From: Minutocellus sp. GHC0000111
Taxonomy: Eukaryota
Assembly: GCA_977018835.1 (NCBI GenBank)
Contig: OZ361256.1
Span: 4,278,001-4,342,000, forward strand
Length of the DNA stretch: 64,000 bases
Reading direction: 5' to 3'
The first letter of the stretch is position 1, and every line of letters begins with the position of its first letter. The notes below the pieces were generated by a model. The model saw only the letters and a program-made list of their open reading frames with translations. It made no database searches and was not told the DNA's origin. Made by a program: the position numbers and the translations under genes. Positions 11,495 through 22,914 of the stretch are shown here, piece by piece.

Positions 11495-13452
11495 ATGACA
11501 CTTTCCAATTGTTTCCGGCTACTTTCACGCCAGCCCGCTCGTTGCAGGATCGTAGGCCTGGTTTGTTTGCTCATGGCTGTGCCAGCCAAGGTCCTTGCAA
11601 CTGCTGCTGCCGAAGAAGAAATAGAAATCAACCAGCTCACGCTCACTGGTGCGGTCCTGCCAACTGTCGGCTTCGTCGAGGAAGACGCAAACGGTGAATA
11701 TTCCGGATAATTCATCGATCTGCTGGACGCCATCAAGCAGGTGGCAGCGAGCCCCGACATCCCCAACCCAGCCTTCCGATACAACGTTACATTCAATCTC
11801 GTGGAGATTCCCACCGATGAGAACGACCAACTCGGCACCTTCAACGGTGCTCTGGATCTCATTGCCGAGGGATGCGAAACGGCCTCCTCATTGGGTTGCG
11901 TCGACTATATCGCCTCGCCGTACTTTGTCACCCCCGAACGCACGCAGCGTGTAACCTTTCCTCCGTTTCCCTTCATCGTTACCTTTATTGTTGGATATCA
12001 GCTCGAAACGAGTCCCTACAGATCACTGACAGAGCTTATGGATGATGACGGCACCGTCTGTCTTCAGGAGGGTACGGCCGTTGCCAACACGTACGCACCG
12101 TTCATCTCCGAGGAAAGCATCGTCCCATGCCAATCCTTCCTCGATTGTGCCGAGAGGGTATCCCTTGGCGAGTGTGATATGGCCATTGATGATCTGGTCT
12201 TTGCCACAATTCTATCCGAGCGTTTCCCCGGCCTGGAGATTGTTGACATTGCATCCGACGTTGGAACCGACACGGCTATAATCAATGGGGGACCGGGACA
12301 GTACAGCTTCCCCTTCCGCTCGACGCTGGATCCCGAGGTCCACCAGCGCATGATCGGATGGATGTACGACGTGGACACTAATGCGTTGTTTGAGAACTCC
12401 TTTGGCGAGGCTGCCAATGATCTACGCGTCGCATTTGAGGAACAACGAACTGCATTCATCGAAGATAACGGGCCCGTCTCCATTACACTGAGAGCCGGAG
12501 TAAAGAAAGGATTTCCATTCATCTACCAGAACGACGAGACCGACGAATGGGAGGGCTTCTTTGTTGATTACGCCGCTACTTTGAGCAACTACTCACAAGA
12601 CACGCTGGAAATTGACTTTGATTATGACAACCTACTTCCGTTTAACTATGATGCTGCCCTCGACGTCCTTGCAGCCGATGATTCGCCATATGACATTGTT
12701 GTCGGAGATTTTTTGCCACACCCCAGCGCCAGACCATTGTTACCTTTCCCTATCGTTACCTTGGCACACATATCTCTCTGCTCCGTCTCGAATCTACCGA
12801 AATCGCTACCATCGAAGAGGCCAATGCGGTAGGAGCTCCCGTTTGTGTATACGGGAAAGCCGACATAGTGGACGACTTCAAGGACACCATTGAGAATCTG
12901 GTTCCTTGCGGTCCACCATTCCAGGCCTGCTACGATATGCTTGCCAGCGGAGAATGCGATTTATTTGCCGATGACGTTCTCTACGGTGCCATATTTTCGC
13001 CGTTCAATCTTCCCAACGAAACCGTCGTTACCAACGGCAAGGACGCTGCCGGGGTATCCTTTTTCCACGCCTGGCCCATGAGATCAGACCTTCCAGCATC
13101 TACTTATACAATCTTCAATCAGCTGGTTCTGCAGGCTGCCGAGGACGGGGTCATCGTTGATCTGGTCGATCGCTGGTTGAACCCTCTGATCCGACCTAAA
13201 TTCTTTGTGGATGACATTAATGTTATTATGGATGGCGACACCATGACCATGACTGGTGGGGAGGAAGAAGATGGTGCTATGGTGGAAAGTGAAAAAGAAG
13301 ACGAAATTGAAATGCCTCCTGAAGATCCTGGAGATAGCGGAGAAGAGGATAAGGGCGATACTACTTCCGGTGGGAGCTGTGTTGATCATTCCCACTTTTT
13401 AGCCAGTATTGTATTTGCTTTGTTCTCAGCCTTGGCGACAGTGTTGCAGTGA
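11495..13452 (+). CDS. Surface protein with two tandem solute-binding family 3 (PBP2/iGluR ligand-binding-like) domains and GPI-like tail; one in-frame TAA and one frameshift
   Basis: Signal peptide, then GFVEEDANGEYSG*FIDLL (TAA 11708-11710, in frame with ORF 11741). DYIASPYFVTPERTQRVTF is mirrored by PFIYQNDETDEWEGFFVDY...DIVVGDFFATPQRQTIVTF once one T is restored in the T-run at about 12709-12714; this also joins ORF 12868. Acidic linker and hydrophobic C-terminus. Confidence 0.7.
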
Positions 13453-14057
13453 TGGTCTGTTGATAATCTTCAAATCTATAGAGCAAAATGTAGTGAGCTC
13501 ATATTACATTACATGAATTTATGGTTTACGTAGATTTAAATCTACGTTGTTATTATCAACTGGCTTGCGTAAATTGTTTGACACCCATCGACGGCAGCGT
13601 TTTTCTTCGCTCGAAATCGGAAAACATGGCACCCCGAATTTTTTACACAAGTCAGGGGGGGACTCCAATTATGGCAGAAAAGCAAACTTTGAGGCTCTTC
13701 TCACAAGACTTTGGGTATGATTTCGGCTGAAAAGCAAGTACTGAGGTTGAACTTCGGAAATTGAACGCCGACTGAGCATCATAAAGCAACCCAAATTCGG
13801 ACGGTGGTGTCAAAAAGGCCCAATAAGCCGCCGAAAATGACCATAATTTTTGGCGAAGGGGTGGGATCTTCGCCCATGTCGCATCTCTCTTGTGTTGTGC
13901 GCCCCATTGATTGCGCGGGTGACCATTAGTCGTGGTCGTGTTCGACGGCATTAGCCCTGGAGGATCATTTAGTTGGCCATCCTCCTTTAAATTGATCATC
14001 TTGCCCGGATTCACCACGAGTTGTGTGTTGAGAATTGTTGCCGGCTACTTTTATATC

Positions 14058-14101
14058 TGCGTTACCACTTACTACTTTTGCGTTACCACTTACTACTTTT
14101 G
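14058..14101. repeat. 21-bp tandem duplication inside a probable degenerate repeat/TE region
   Basis: TGCGTTACCACTTACTACTTT at 14058-14078 and 14079-14099; CTACTTTT also recurs just before and after. Confidence 0.8.
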
Positions 14102-14464
14102 GTAAAAAGTGCTACTTTTGCTCAAAAGTGCTCATAACCCTTCGGCTCTACACCAGGATCACTGGTCATTATACAGCCAACTCACGAAATTATAACTGGT
14201 CTGTTATCTTTGTACCTCTCGAGGTCTACGCTGTAGCCACAGCCGGCATCCGGTCGCTTCACGGGCGCTGGGAGGCTGTCTTCGGCGAGCCGCCTCAACA
14301 TAATTACGTGACATACATCTGTGCGCGTATTCGGACGCTTTCCGAAATCGACATTTTCTCGACCTTCCGCTGACGGCGGGGGCACAACTGTTTGGCCCTC
14401 CGGTGACGCCGGGGACCATCACCTCTTTGTCTTCCTGCTACGCGGGAGATAAAACCTGGTCGTG

Positions 14465-15989
14465 ATGACCACTCAACCCAAGGTGAAGTTTGAGGATGGG
14501 AACGGCGGGGGGCAACAGCAACAGCCCCGGCAGGCCGGATCCGCCGTGCGCCCATCTAGCCATCAACCTGCCGGGATACGAGATGCGCATCGACGACGAG
14601 GTCCGGCCCACCTACGGCTACGTGCAGGTGTTCTTCGATTGGGCCAAGCTCAAGGAACAGTCGGGCATCTACGATCGCTTCGACGAGCATGGCGTCTTGT
14701 TCAAGCTGACGAGATCCGACAAGATGTACGACGCCGAGGCCGATGCCTACTCGTACAAGGAGGTGACCATCGCCCAATCTCCCAACGGAGGTGCCACGCT
14801 GTTGGCCGATGACAGCACCGAGATTGTTCCGGTGGAAACTTCGAATGGGGAGTGGATCATGCACGTTGGATATTCTCCCGAGTCGCTCCGTCCCAGTTGG
14901 TATGCCGGCTTGACTGCTGCCGTCGTCGTCATGTCCTTCCTGTTTGCCGTCGTCGTTGCCATCGTCATGGTCGAGAAGGTGCGCAACAGAGACCTGCTCT
15001 ACAAGATGATGCCCCCCAGTGCCGTCAAGAAGCTTCATAGAGGTCAGACCGTCGTGGAGAGATTCCATAACGTGAGTTTATTTTTTAGTTTTGTTGTTGT
15101 TGTTTTCGTTTCACAATGGAGAACGAGGAAATTCTCGTCATGGCTGATACGGGTCCGTCTTCCTAGGTTAGTCCATTCCTCGACCCCCTTTGCTCACCTT
15201 CCCTACTCTCCACTATATTATTCATTATTATACTTTTCTCCATCCCTTTTCTGATCTACATGTAGGTCACTATTTTCTTCTCGGATATCGTGGGCTTTAC
15301 TACCATGGCCGGAGAAATGACCCCCATCGAGGTGATGCGGATGCTCAACGAGCTGTATCTGGGATTTGACAAGCTCGTTGAGAAGCATGGAGTCTACAAG
15401 GTCGAGACCATTGGGTAAGTGTTGCGCCACCCTCTTCCCTATTTCTCCCTAAATCATTTTCCACCAATATATCTTTTTCTCAAGCGATGTCCTTTTCAAC
15501 CGCACTTATAGAGACGCCTACATGGTCATCGGTGGTGCTCCCGATCGCTGCACCGCCGCCGAGGCTGCCGAAAAGGTGGCACTCTTTGCCCTCGACGCCC
15601 TGGAATTTGTCAAAACCTACCGCACCCATCATGGGGAGCAGATCTTCATCCGCGCTGGTCTGGCCTCGGGTTCGGTCGTTGCCGGTGTCGTTGGAGACAA
15701 GATGCCTCGTTATTGCTTCTTTGGTGACACGGTCAACTTTGCCTCCAGGATGGAATCTACCAGCAAGCGCGGTCGTATCCAGTGCAGCGACCTCACCAAG
15801 CATTTGCTTCGCGATGCTCCAAACCACCACTTCATGTGCGAAGAGCGCCGCGAGGGGAACCAGGTCGGTGTCGAGGTCAAGGGCAAAGGTATGACCCACA
15901 CTTGGTGGGTGCGCAAGAGCAAGGAACGAAAGTCCGACGACAAGTCCACCTGGCATAATTCTAGAGAGAAGGTCTTCCAAAATGCCTAA
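14465..15989 (+). CDS. Membrane guanylate cyclase (class III) with truncated CHASE-like sensor region; apparent internal deletion near 14550
   Basis: Introns 15072-15265 and 15415-15511 (GT-AG) splice to [12 protein letters not shown]...YKVETIGDAYMV...[19 protein letters not shown]. Glu in KVETIGD and Cys in RYC indicate GTP specificity. A TM helix precedes LLYKMMP. The N-terminus [12 protein letters not shown] is out of frame with HLAINLPGY. Confidence 0.85.
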
Positions 15990-16725
15990 GATTCGGTTCA
16001 GGTGGAAGGATTGTAGAGACTTGACCTGTAATATATTCTTGTATTCGTAGCCTGTATTCATCAATCAATCAAGCACAAAAAGGAGAAACTCTGAGCGCCG
16101 CTCTGGCCGGAACTATCACAGCAGTCGTCCTCCTAACGCATTTCTTTTACATAATTTTACATAAGGAAATTATCAACATTCTCCTGAGTAATTTGTGTCG
16201 ACGCGAATTTCTGCCTACTAGCTAGCTCGATATCATGTTTTCATCATGGAAGCAAACACTCCTCGTTGAGCAACGCCGATATGTGAGAATAGTTGGCCAC
16301 GGAGAGGTAAGGAATGTCTCCCGTCGTCAGAGCACCGATGCATTCGGCCTTATCGATTCGCTTCTTTTCCAGCTTGATAAACTTTCCAAGACTCTCGATC
16401 GATTCAAAGGCAGCAATGGCCTCATCTAGAAGCTTCGCATCTACTATGGTATCTTTCGTGTCAAAATCAGCAGTGAGCAATTTATCGAGGTCTGGCCGTC
16501 AACTGGTGAGCGAGAGGGCAGGGAGATGAGACACAGAGAGAGAGCTTACCAAAGAACACAAGAACACAAACTGGCTTCTCCAGTAATCAAGGTGAATAAC
16601 CCGAATAGTTCAGCGCAAAAGACGAAAATATTTTGGATTAGAATATCGGTACGACGTAGTGATAAAAGTCAGTAGATATATTTCAGCTAGCTGTTAGCAT
16701 AACCTGCCTGGCGGAAATTCCCCCT

Positions 16726-18168
16726 TCACTTTTTCTCCCTACCCGCCACCTTCACAGTCTTGAATGTAACATCTTTCACCAAGTCGATGATAGATGCAGG
16801 GATACCATCTTTGCTATCCACACCGTGTCCATCCTCTATAGAAAGCTTCACATACAAAGCCACAACCAAGCGAAATTGCTCCACAGTACGAAGATATGAA
16901 CGAACGAGAAATCCCCAGAGCCGAGGTCTCCAATCAGTATAGTCAATATTGAGCTCATCTACCGGCTGCAATTCCTTACGAAATATCCATCGCAAATGCT
17001 TTTGAATATACAGATAACACGGTGGCGGGTGCTGCTTGGCATACTCCAGGTATTCCGCTGCCATATGTGCCGGTGAAGTTACGAATTCATCATTGCAAAG
17101 TTCATTCCTCTCCAAGAACATGCGATGGTTCTGCAAATATCCCTGAGCCGCCATGATGGCATGGCATTTAGTCTGTGCAAATACACTCTCAGCATCTTCA
17201 GCGTTCAATATTCCATCATTCAAAATAATGGGAAAGTCATTCATTGCAGCCACAAGCTTGGCACCGGCAACCCAGTCTGGCGGACCGTCGTGCTTGTCCG
17301 TCCTACGACGACAATGAATGGCTATGCAGTCACATCCTGCCTCTCGCAGCTTTCTACAAAAGTCAATCGTAGCATCGGTCGTTTCCAGCAGTCGTATCTT
17401 GGCCGACAATCGAGGCGGAAGTCCCTTTGTATTCAGACCACGCGCTGATGCGGTACAAAACTTATCGATTGCCTTTCGCATGGCAGCAATGCACTGCACC
17501 GCCCCGTCGCGATCACGTTCCACCAAAAATGCACCAAAGTTGCCCTTATCGGCACAATTCTGTGGACATCCCAAATTCAGATCGATGCCCACCGGCAACT
17601 GCCCATCGTGTACGTTGGCATAAATGTCCAATATGGCTTTGGTGGCTGCACCGAGTGTGGATGGTTGGGATCCACAAATTTGTACCACGAGGTTGGTTGC
17701 ATCGGATGCATTGGTATCATGCAGCAGCAGGTAGGCCGTTTCCGATAGAGCATTGATCACTCGACCGGCCTTGTCCATGGGCACATCTTCGCTCCAAATG
17801 TTTATAGTCGAACGTTTCTTCTCGTCTTTGGCATCGGGTACAGCAGCAGCGGTAGTATTTGCGTTTGCCTCCTCATTATTGTTCTTCTCAGGTTGCTCCT
17901 TCTGCTTCTGCCACAATTCGTGCACGGCCACCACCTCGTAATCACGAAGCATGGGACCGTAGCAAAGCGATGCACCGCCGTGCTTTCGAGCCAATTGGCG
18001 CATGGCTAGCTCAGATCCGCGGACCATTGGGGCCAGGTAGATGCCTTTCGGCGGAGGTGGGGGTTGTGGCGGCGGATGCGAAGGGCCGCCGGTAAATGCA
18101 TCATCATTCAGACGCGGCCTCTTGCTTGAAGGTAGAAGAGACGCGTCGGCAACAGGTGAGGCACTCAT
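16726..18168 (-). CDS. tRNA-dihydrouridine synthase (Dus family)
   Basis: YLAPMVRGSELAMR, LVVQICG, GIDLNLGCPQ, GNFGAFL, SAKIR, IAIHCR. Confidence 0.9.
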   Translation of the reverse strand: MSASPVADASLLPSSKRPRLNDDAFTGGPSHPPPQPPPPPKGIYLAPMVRGSELAMRQLARKHGGASLCYGPMLRDYEVVAVHELWQKQKEQPEKNNNEEANANTTAAAVPDAKDEKKRSTINIWSEDVPMDKAGRVINALSETAYLLLHDTNASDATNLVVQICGSQPSTLGAATKAILDIYANVHDGQLPVGIDLNLGCPQNCADKGNFGAFLVERDRDGAVQCIAAMRKAIDKFCTASARGLNTKGLPPRLSAKIRLLETTDATIDFCRKLREAGCDCIAIHCRRRTDKHDGPPDWVAGAKLVAAMNDFPIILNDGILNAEDAESVFAQTKCHAIMAAQGYLQNHRMFLERNELCNDEFVTSPAHMAAEYLEYAKQHPPPCYLYIQKHLRWIFRKELQPVDELNIDYTDWRPRLWGFLVRSYLRTVEQFRLVVALYVKLSIEDGHGVDSKDGIPASIIDLVKDVTFKTVKVAGREKK

Positions 18169-18311
18169 TTCAGCGAGAGAAGATACTACTTATGACCGGA
18201 GCAACACCAACCGCACAGTTGCCCATCCGTCGATCGACCACTGACAGGCATTGTGGACTGTTGGACTGCACTGAGGCGAGAGGCCGTGGAAGACGGTCGA
18301 AGACCAGGCAG

Positions 18312-18419
18312 AGGTAAGCATGGTCCCGGTAATGAACTTCATTACCAGATTGGCCGGGAACAGCCCAACATCATTACAAAACCCAGTTCGCAAGTTCGCA
18401 TCTGCGAGTCAGCCGATCC
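18312..18419. repeat. Dispersed ~107-bp repeat, copy 1; contains perfect palindrome GGTAATGAA-C-TTCATTACC
   Basis: Near-identical to 20071-20176 in the same orientation; a degenerate inverted copy of its first ~40 bp lies at about 18495-18535. Confidence 0.9.
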
Positions 18420-18668
18420 ATTTTGAACATAAAAAATGTTTGAAAATGAAAACATATATAAGCCGGCCGGACATGAACGGACAAGATACGAACTTCTTGT
18501 TAATGAAGTTATCATTACCCGAGGAAGCTGCTACCATTTTTGGCTTGCTTTGGCACGCATCTTACGGGGTGTCAGAGTTCGCATCGCGCCGGCCCAGCCT
18601 GTTGAAAAATGCATAGAGAACTCTCTGGAACCGCGAGTACGAGTCGAGCGATCTTTGACGCGGATGCG

Positions 18669-19097
18669 ATGATGCCTTCATTCGACACCCACATCGATGG
18701 ATGGCATCTTGCGCTCGCAACCGCAACAGACATCTTGATTCAAAATGAACATGTAGTTGCTCGTGCCACCGCATGGGCCGCTGCATCACCCCGCGTAATT
18801 TTCTTCGTCACATGCCAGAGCCGTGGCGGTTTGTGCCGCAGCAATCTGCATCCTGTGTGCCAGGCTCAGATGGAGCACGACATGAACATCGACGACGTGC
18901 CGGCGATGATGCTGTGTTCGAATTGCCTCTGCCGAGCTACAGGGGATAAGTGGAACGACGATGAAGCGGCCGGAATCCTCCAGGAGGCTGAAGGTGGCAT
19001 CACGGATGCTGGATCTGCTGGAATTCTGGCTGAAGCAATAACGACACACGGAGCATGGAGAAACGATCGCACCTTCAACATGTACCTGAGTGACTAA
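18669..19097 (+). pseudogene. Cys/His zinc-finger-like ORF, possible transposon or gene remnant
   Basis: CQSRGGLCRSNLHPVCQAQME...MLCSNC spacing; lies between the two copies of the dispersed repeat. No other support. Confidence 0.3.
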
Positions 19098-20070
19098 TTG
19101 AGAAACATGATGGCCATGCACGCAGTATTTGATTGGATTAGATATGTAAATACATAAAGATGCATATTTGAATTCATGAATGCATGTCAAAATATATTAG
19201 ATCTAGATCTACTGGTACTTGCTTTGAATCTGTTATTCATGTATTGTTATTATTTATTATTCTACTGTACATAGCATGTAAAATAGCACATTAACAAATA
19301 GATATTCAGCATGTACAACATGCTTGGTCGGATGGAATACGGTAGACCATCATGCAAGTCATCCTCAAGATGCGGTCTACCGAACCACGCAAACAGGCAC
19401 AAAGCGACGACGCTACATTTGCTGTTGCTGGTGCATTCGTCCTCGGCTATCAACCTCGAATATGCGCAAGACAATCTGCCACAGCCGCAGACACAAATCC
19501 ATTTTTGTCGAGCGCGAGACTCTTGCCGACACTTGTGCTTTGCGCCGCTGCATATCAAAATCAAATGATGCACATAAAAGTAGGCGTTCCACGGCGGCGG
19601 CCGACGATGTGTGTGGATCGCCCACTCCACGTTGGCAGCGCCAGTGACATGTGCATTCGCCTTCGATCGTTTCCGCACCTCAGCAGTGCATTTTGCTCGC
19701 TTCGACGGCTCCCGAACGAGAATCGCGCGCGGCAGATGACCCGCCTGTTGTGAGTAGCCGAGGAGGACGAGGAAGGAGCTACCGCGTGTTTAGTCACGAG
19801 TCGAGGCGGCGAACCTTCGCCGTATGGCAAGCGCTGCGCACGAATCTTGCAGCAAACTTAGCATATATCGTGGTCAGAGATCTGCTTGCTTCCTTTTTGT
19901 GTGTGTTTGTTCTGGTTGACGCACCGGCGGCCTGTCAGAAGGCGCCGCAAAGCCGGCCATTGTAGCGGCCGGATTTTGAGACTTGGAGATTTGAAAGTGC
20001 TCTTGGTAATACCATGACGGGGGTCTTTGGTACTGTAGTCAACATCATTACCAGAGGTTGTGATAACTAC

Positions 20071-20176
20071 AGGTAAGCATGGTCCCGGTAATGAACTTCA
20101 TTACCAGATTGGCCGGGAACAGCCCAACATCATTACAAATGGGTTCGCAAGTTCGCACCTGCGAGTCAGCCGATCC
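20071..20176. repeat. Dispersed ~107-bp repeat, copy 2
   Basis: AGGTAAGCATGGTCCCGGTAATGAACTTCATTACCAGATTGGCCGGGAACAGCCCAACATCATTACAAA identical to 18312 onward. Confidence 0.9.
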
Positions 20177-20282
20177 GTGACAAAAAGAAAGATCTGGATG
20201 ATGAGAGATCTGGATGCGATGAGCCGGATCGATGCCACTCGGCACAACCCCACCATACCGTTTTATATTCTATATTCACACG

Positions 20283-20979
20283 ATGGGAAACCAGCGCTCC
20301 AAGAATGCCCGAAAAGAGTAAGACGATGGTACATCCTGTCCGATCGACTTGAAGTCTCTTGAGAATTACAACGAGTGCCCAGTTCGAACCATTGGATCCT
20401 GCGATAAGTGGCGTCTGGGACACGAGCCGAATTACGACGAGGTGAATGCCAAGTATCTCTTGCAAAAATCGATGAAGCACTCGCCCGATAGTCTGGAAAA
20501 GGCGGTGGAAAACATTGTCAAGAGCTGGGAAGCTGAGATCCAGCGCAAGCTGTTGCCGGACCAGATCGACAGCATCGACATGGAAAATTTTTGATGGCCA
20601 CCAACAACAAGACCCCGTGGACAATCAAGAATATCATCCAGAAGGGGACGTACTGCTGCCTCCTCGAAGGGATGTCGCACCCTGTTCTGGACATGGATTC
20701 GAAAAGAGCAACAAGTACTTCAATTCCAAGTTCAGGACCGGCTTTGCCTGGGAGGTGAAGAAGGTATTCAGCGGTCCACCAAAGGTGGTGTTCTCTTGGA
20801 GACACTGGGCACACATGGGTACCAAGTCGCTTTCAGAAGAAATGCAAGGCAAAGGAAAGCTGATTGAGTTGGAGGGATTCACTCGGGCAAATTTTTCGGA
20901 CGATGGAAAATTGAGAGACATCGAAGTGTTCTTTGATCAAGAGAAATTTCTTGCGGATATGAAGAGAGCAGAGGAATAA
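20283..20979 (+). CDS. Pathogen-related protein family member (SnoaL/NTF2-like C-terminus); interrupted by an in-frame TAA and two small indels
   Basis: KWRLGHEPNYDEVN, HSPDSLEKAVENIVKSWEAE, GFAWEVKKVFSGPPKVVFSWRHWA, IEVFFD. Restoring single Ts near 20590 and 20698 joins the frames through LMATNN...KGTYCCLL. Start codon uncertain (TAA at 20319-20321). Confidence 0.75.
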
Positions 20980-21103
20980 GGACCTGTTACAATCCTACGA
21001 TCCAAGATAGCGATTCATTTGCCAAAACATTTACATGTCATGGTTGATTTACTTACTTTCTGAATTAGGAAAATTGATGGCTACATAAGAAAACAACAAT
21101 AAT

Positions 21104-22442
21104 TCACCCTTTCATCTTCTCATTGAATGCTCTCGTTTTCGGATGATCTGCTCCTTTTGCCAGGAGGTAAAGATTCAAGCATTTCTCAGCCCATTCATGC
21201 TTTGACGGACAATTGACACCTGCAGCAACATTATATGCCATTTCGTACACCGGCAGCAAATCATGATTAACTCTCTCCTTCTCAAGAAGATCCAGATATT
21301 GGTGCAATAAATTCAAATCGTACTCTCCGATGGGTATCTCCCTGGACAGCTTGCGAAGTCTCGCCTTTTCTCGCAGTTGCTCCCTTCTTCTCTCTATGTC
21401 AACTTTTGTTCCGGTATCAGCACCCGCACCGGCCGCTGCAACATGACGCTGGTGGAACTCATTCACCGACATACTAAATACGGGATCATACAAAGGACAG
21501 GCATCGCCCAGCCGCCCCCTTAGTTCCATTGCAATTTCTTTCAATCTTCTCCTATGCTCATCGCCAGTCAGTATTGCATCCCTTACGTTCTTTTCCGAGT
21601 CATCAACGTCGCCGCCCCCATTATTTGGGCCATCGGTGGCATGCGCCGGATGGCACGCCGAGCACGCGCAGTCAAAGTTGAGCGCTCCCTTCAAATAGGC
21701 TTGGCGCTTCTCTCTGCCAAAGTGATACACCACGTCCGAATAGCACGTGCACAGCGTCTCTCCGGCCTGCACGTCCTGCGTGGTGTACATCCGTATGGTC
21801 CACCCGTCAAAGTCGTACCCGACGTTGGGCGAACAGCTGTGGTTGAACCTAGCCGCATTCCGGTACACCCGGTAGGCATGGCCGTTCTCCTCGTTCTGGA
21901 AGGCGTTGGAGTAGATGATGCCGAACAGTCTCTTGGAGTTTCTGGTCTCGGGAATGAATTTATCGTCCCTGGTACTGATCGTGGAGCGCCCATAGACCAT
22001 CAATCTCCTCCTCGCTCAGTCGACACTCCTCTCGCAAATACGCCACGTCGTCCTCCTTGGACTTGTGCTGTCCGTTCCGATGCCGCTCCAGGGCCACGGT
22101 GCACTGATTGCCTCTGAGCACTGCCGTCTCCACATGAATCAGCGTATGTCTGGGTATGCTTCGGAGGGCGACGCACCCATAGCCCTCCCAGTCGGAGAAA
22201 TATCTGACGCCCACGCACATGCGTTCGTTGAGGGGTCTGACCGTTGCTTCTGCATTCACTCGCAGCCCGTCGTCGTCGTCATTGGTGCTCTGTTGCTCGT
22301 CGTGCTCCTGCAGCTGCTGCTGCTGGCGCGAGGACAACTTCGAGCACATCTTCCCACCGGCGCCGCTTAGAGGCGAGCAGGCTTCATCATCGAAGGGACT
22401 ATGAGGAGACATCTTGGGTGAAACCGATTGCGCTTCCATCAT
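21104..22442 (-). CDS. SET-domain lysine methyltransferase (SMYD-like); frameshift near 21968
   Basis: EGYGCVALRSIPRHTLIHVE (pre-SET strand), YSNAF, NAARFNHSCSPN, ETLCTCY, post-SET FDCACSAC. Confidence 0.85.
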
Positions 22443-22914
22443 TTACGAGAGTATGTTATGCGCCAATTGCTGGTACCGCAAAAATGAATGGTCGGCCGAT
22501 TTATTTGCGAGCCGAGCTGAGCTGGCCGCGAGGCAGGTCTGCACAATGCGGCTGCTGCAATCGCAAGCAAGCGAAGCGTGAGGCGCCGAGAGCTGCCCCG
22601 AGAGCTGCTGCCGATGGCTCGTTCAAGCCATGTATGTGCTCGGATACTGGCGAACATAGCATGTATTAAAGCTATGCATTGATTCATCGCCGGTAATTGG
22701 ATCCAGCAAAGGGCTGAGCAACATGAATGAATCGAATCGGCCATCATCGATTTCCCTCCTTGGTCGTACTAGTAATGATTATATTATTTTTTGCAAATTC
22801 GACGGTTGAAGGAAAGGCGTCAGTGTCTCACGCACATCATATCACACAACCGTTCCAATATTCCAATCAACTGACTAAATTGCCAAGGCAAGATAACTCC
22901 TGCAGCTCCAGGCC

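Noticed and set aside
16244..16550. 78-aa minus-strand ORF with an upstream intron-like stretch
   Set aside because: Protein-like composition, but the apparent splice does not give an open frame and no family is recognisable.
18563..18575. TACGGGGTGTC as a Tc1/pogo-like TIR start
   Set aside because: I found no matching TA-flanked inverted partner.
18312..20176. LTR retrotransposon or CRISPR-like array
   Set aside because: The repeats lack TG...CA ends, I found no PBS, PPT or gag/pol, and there are only two copies with no regular spacers.
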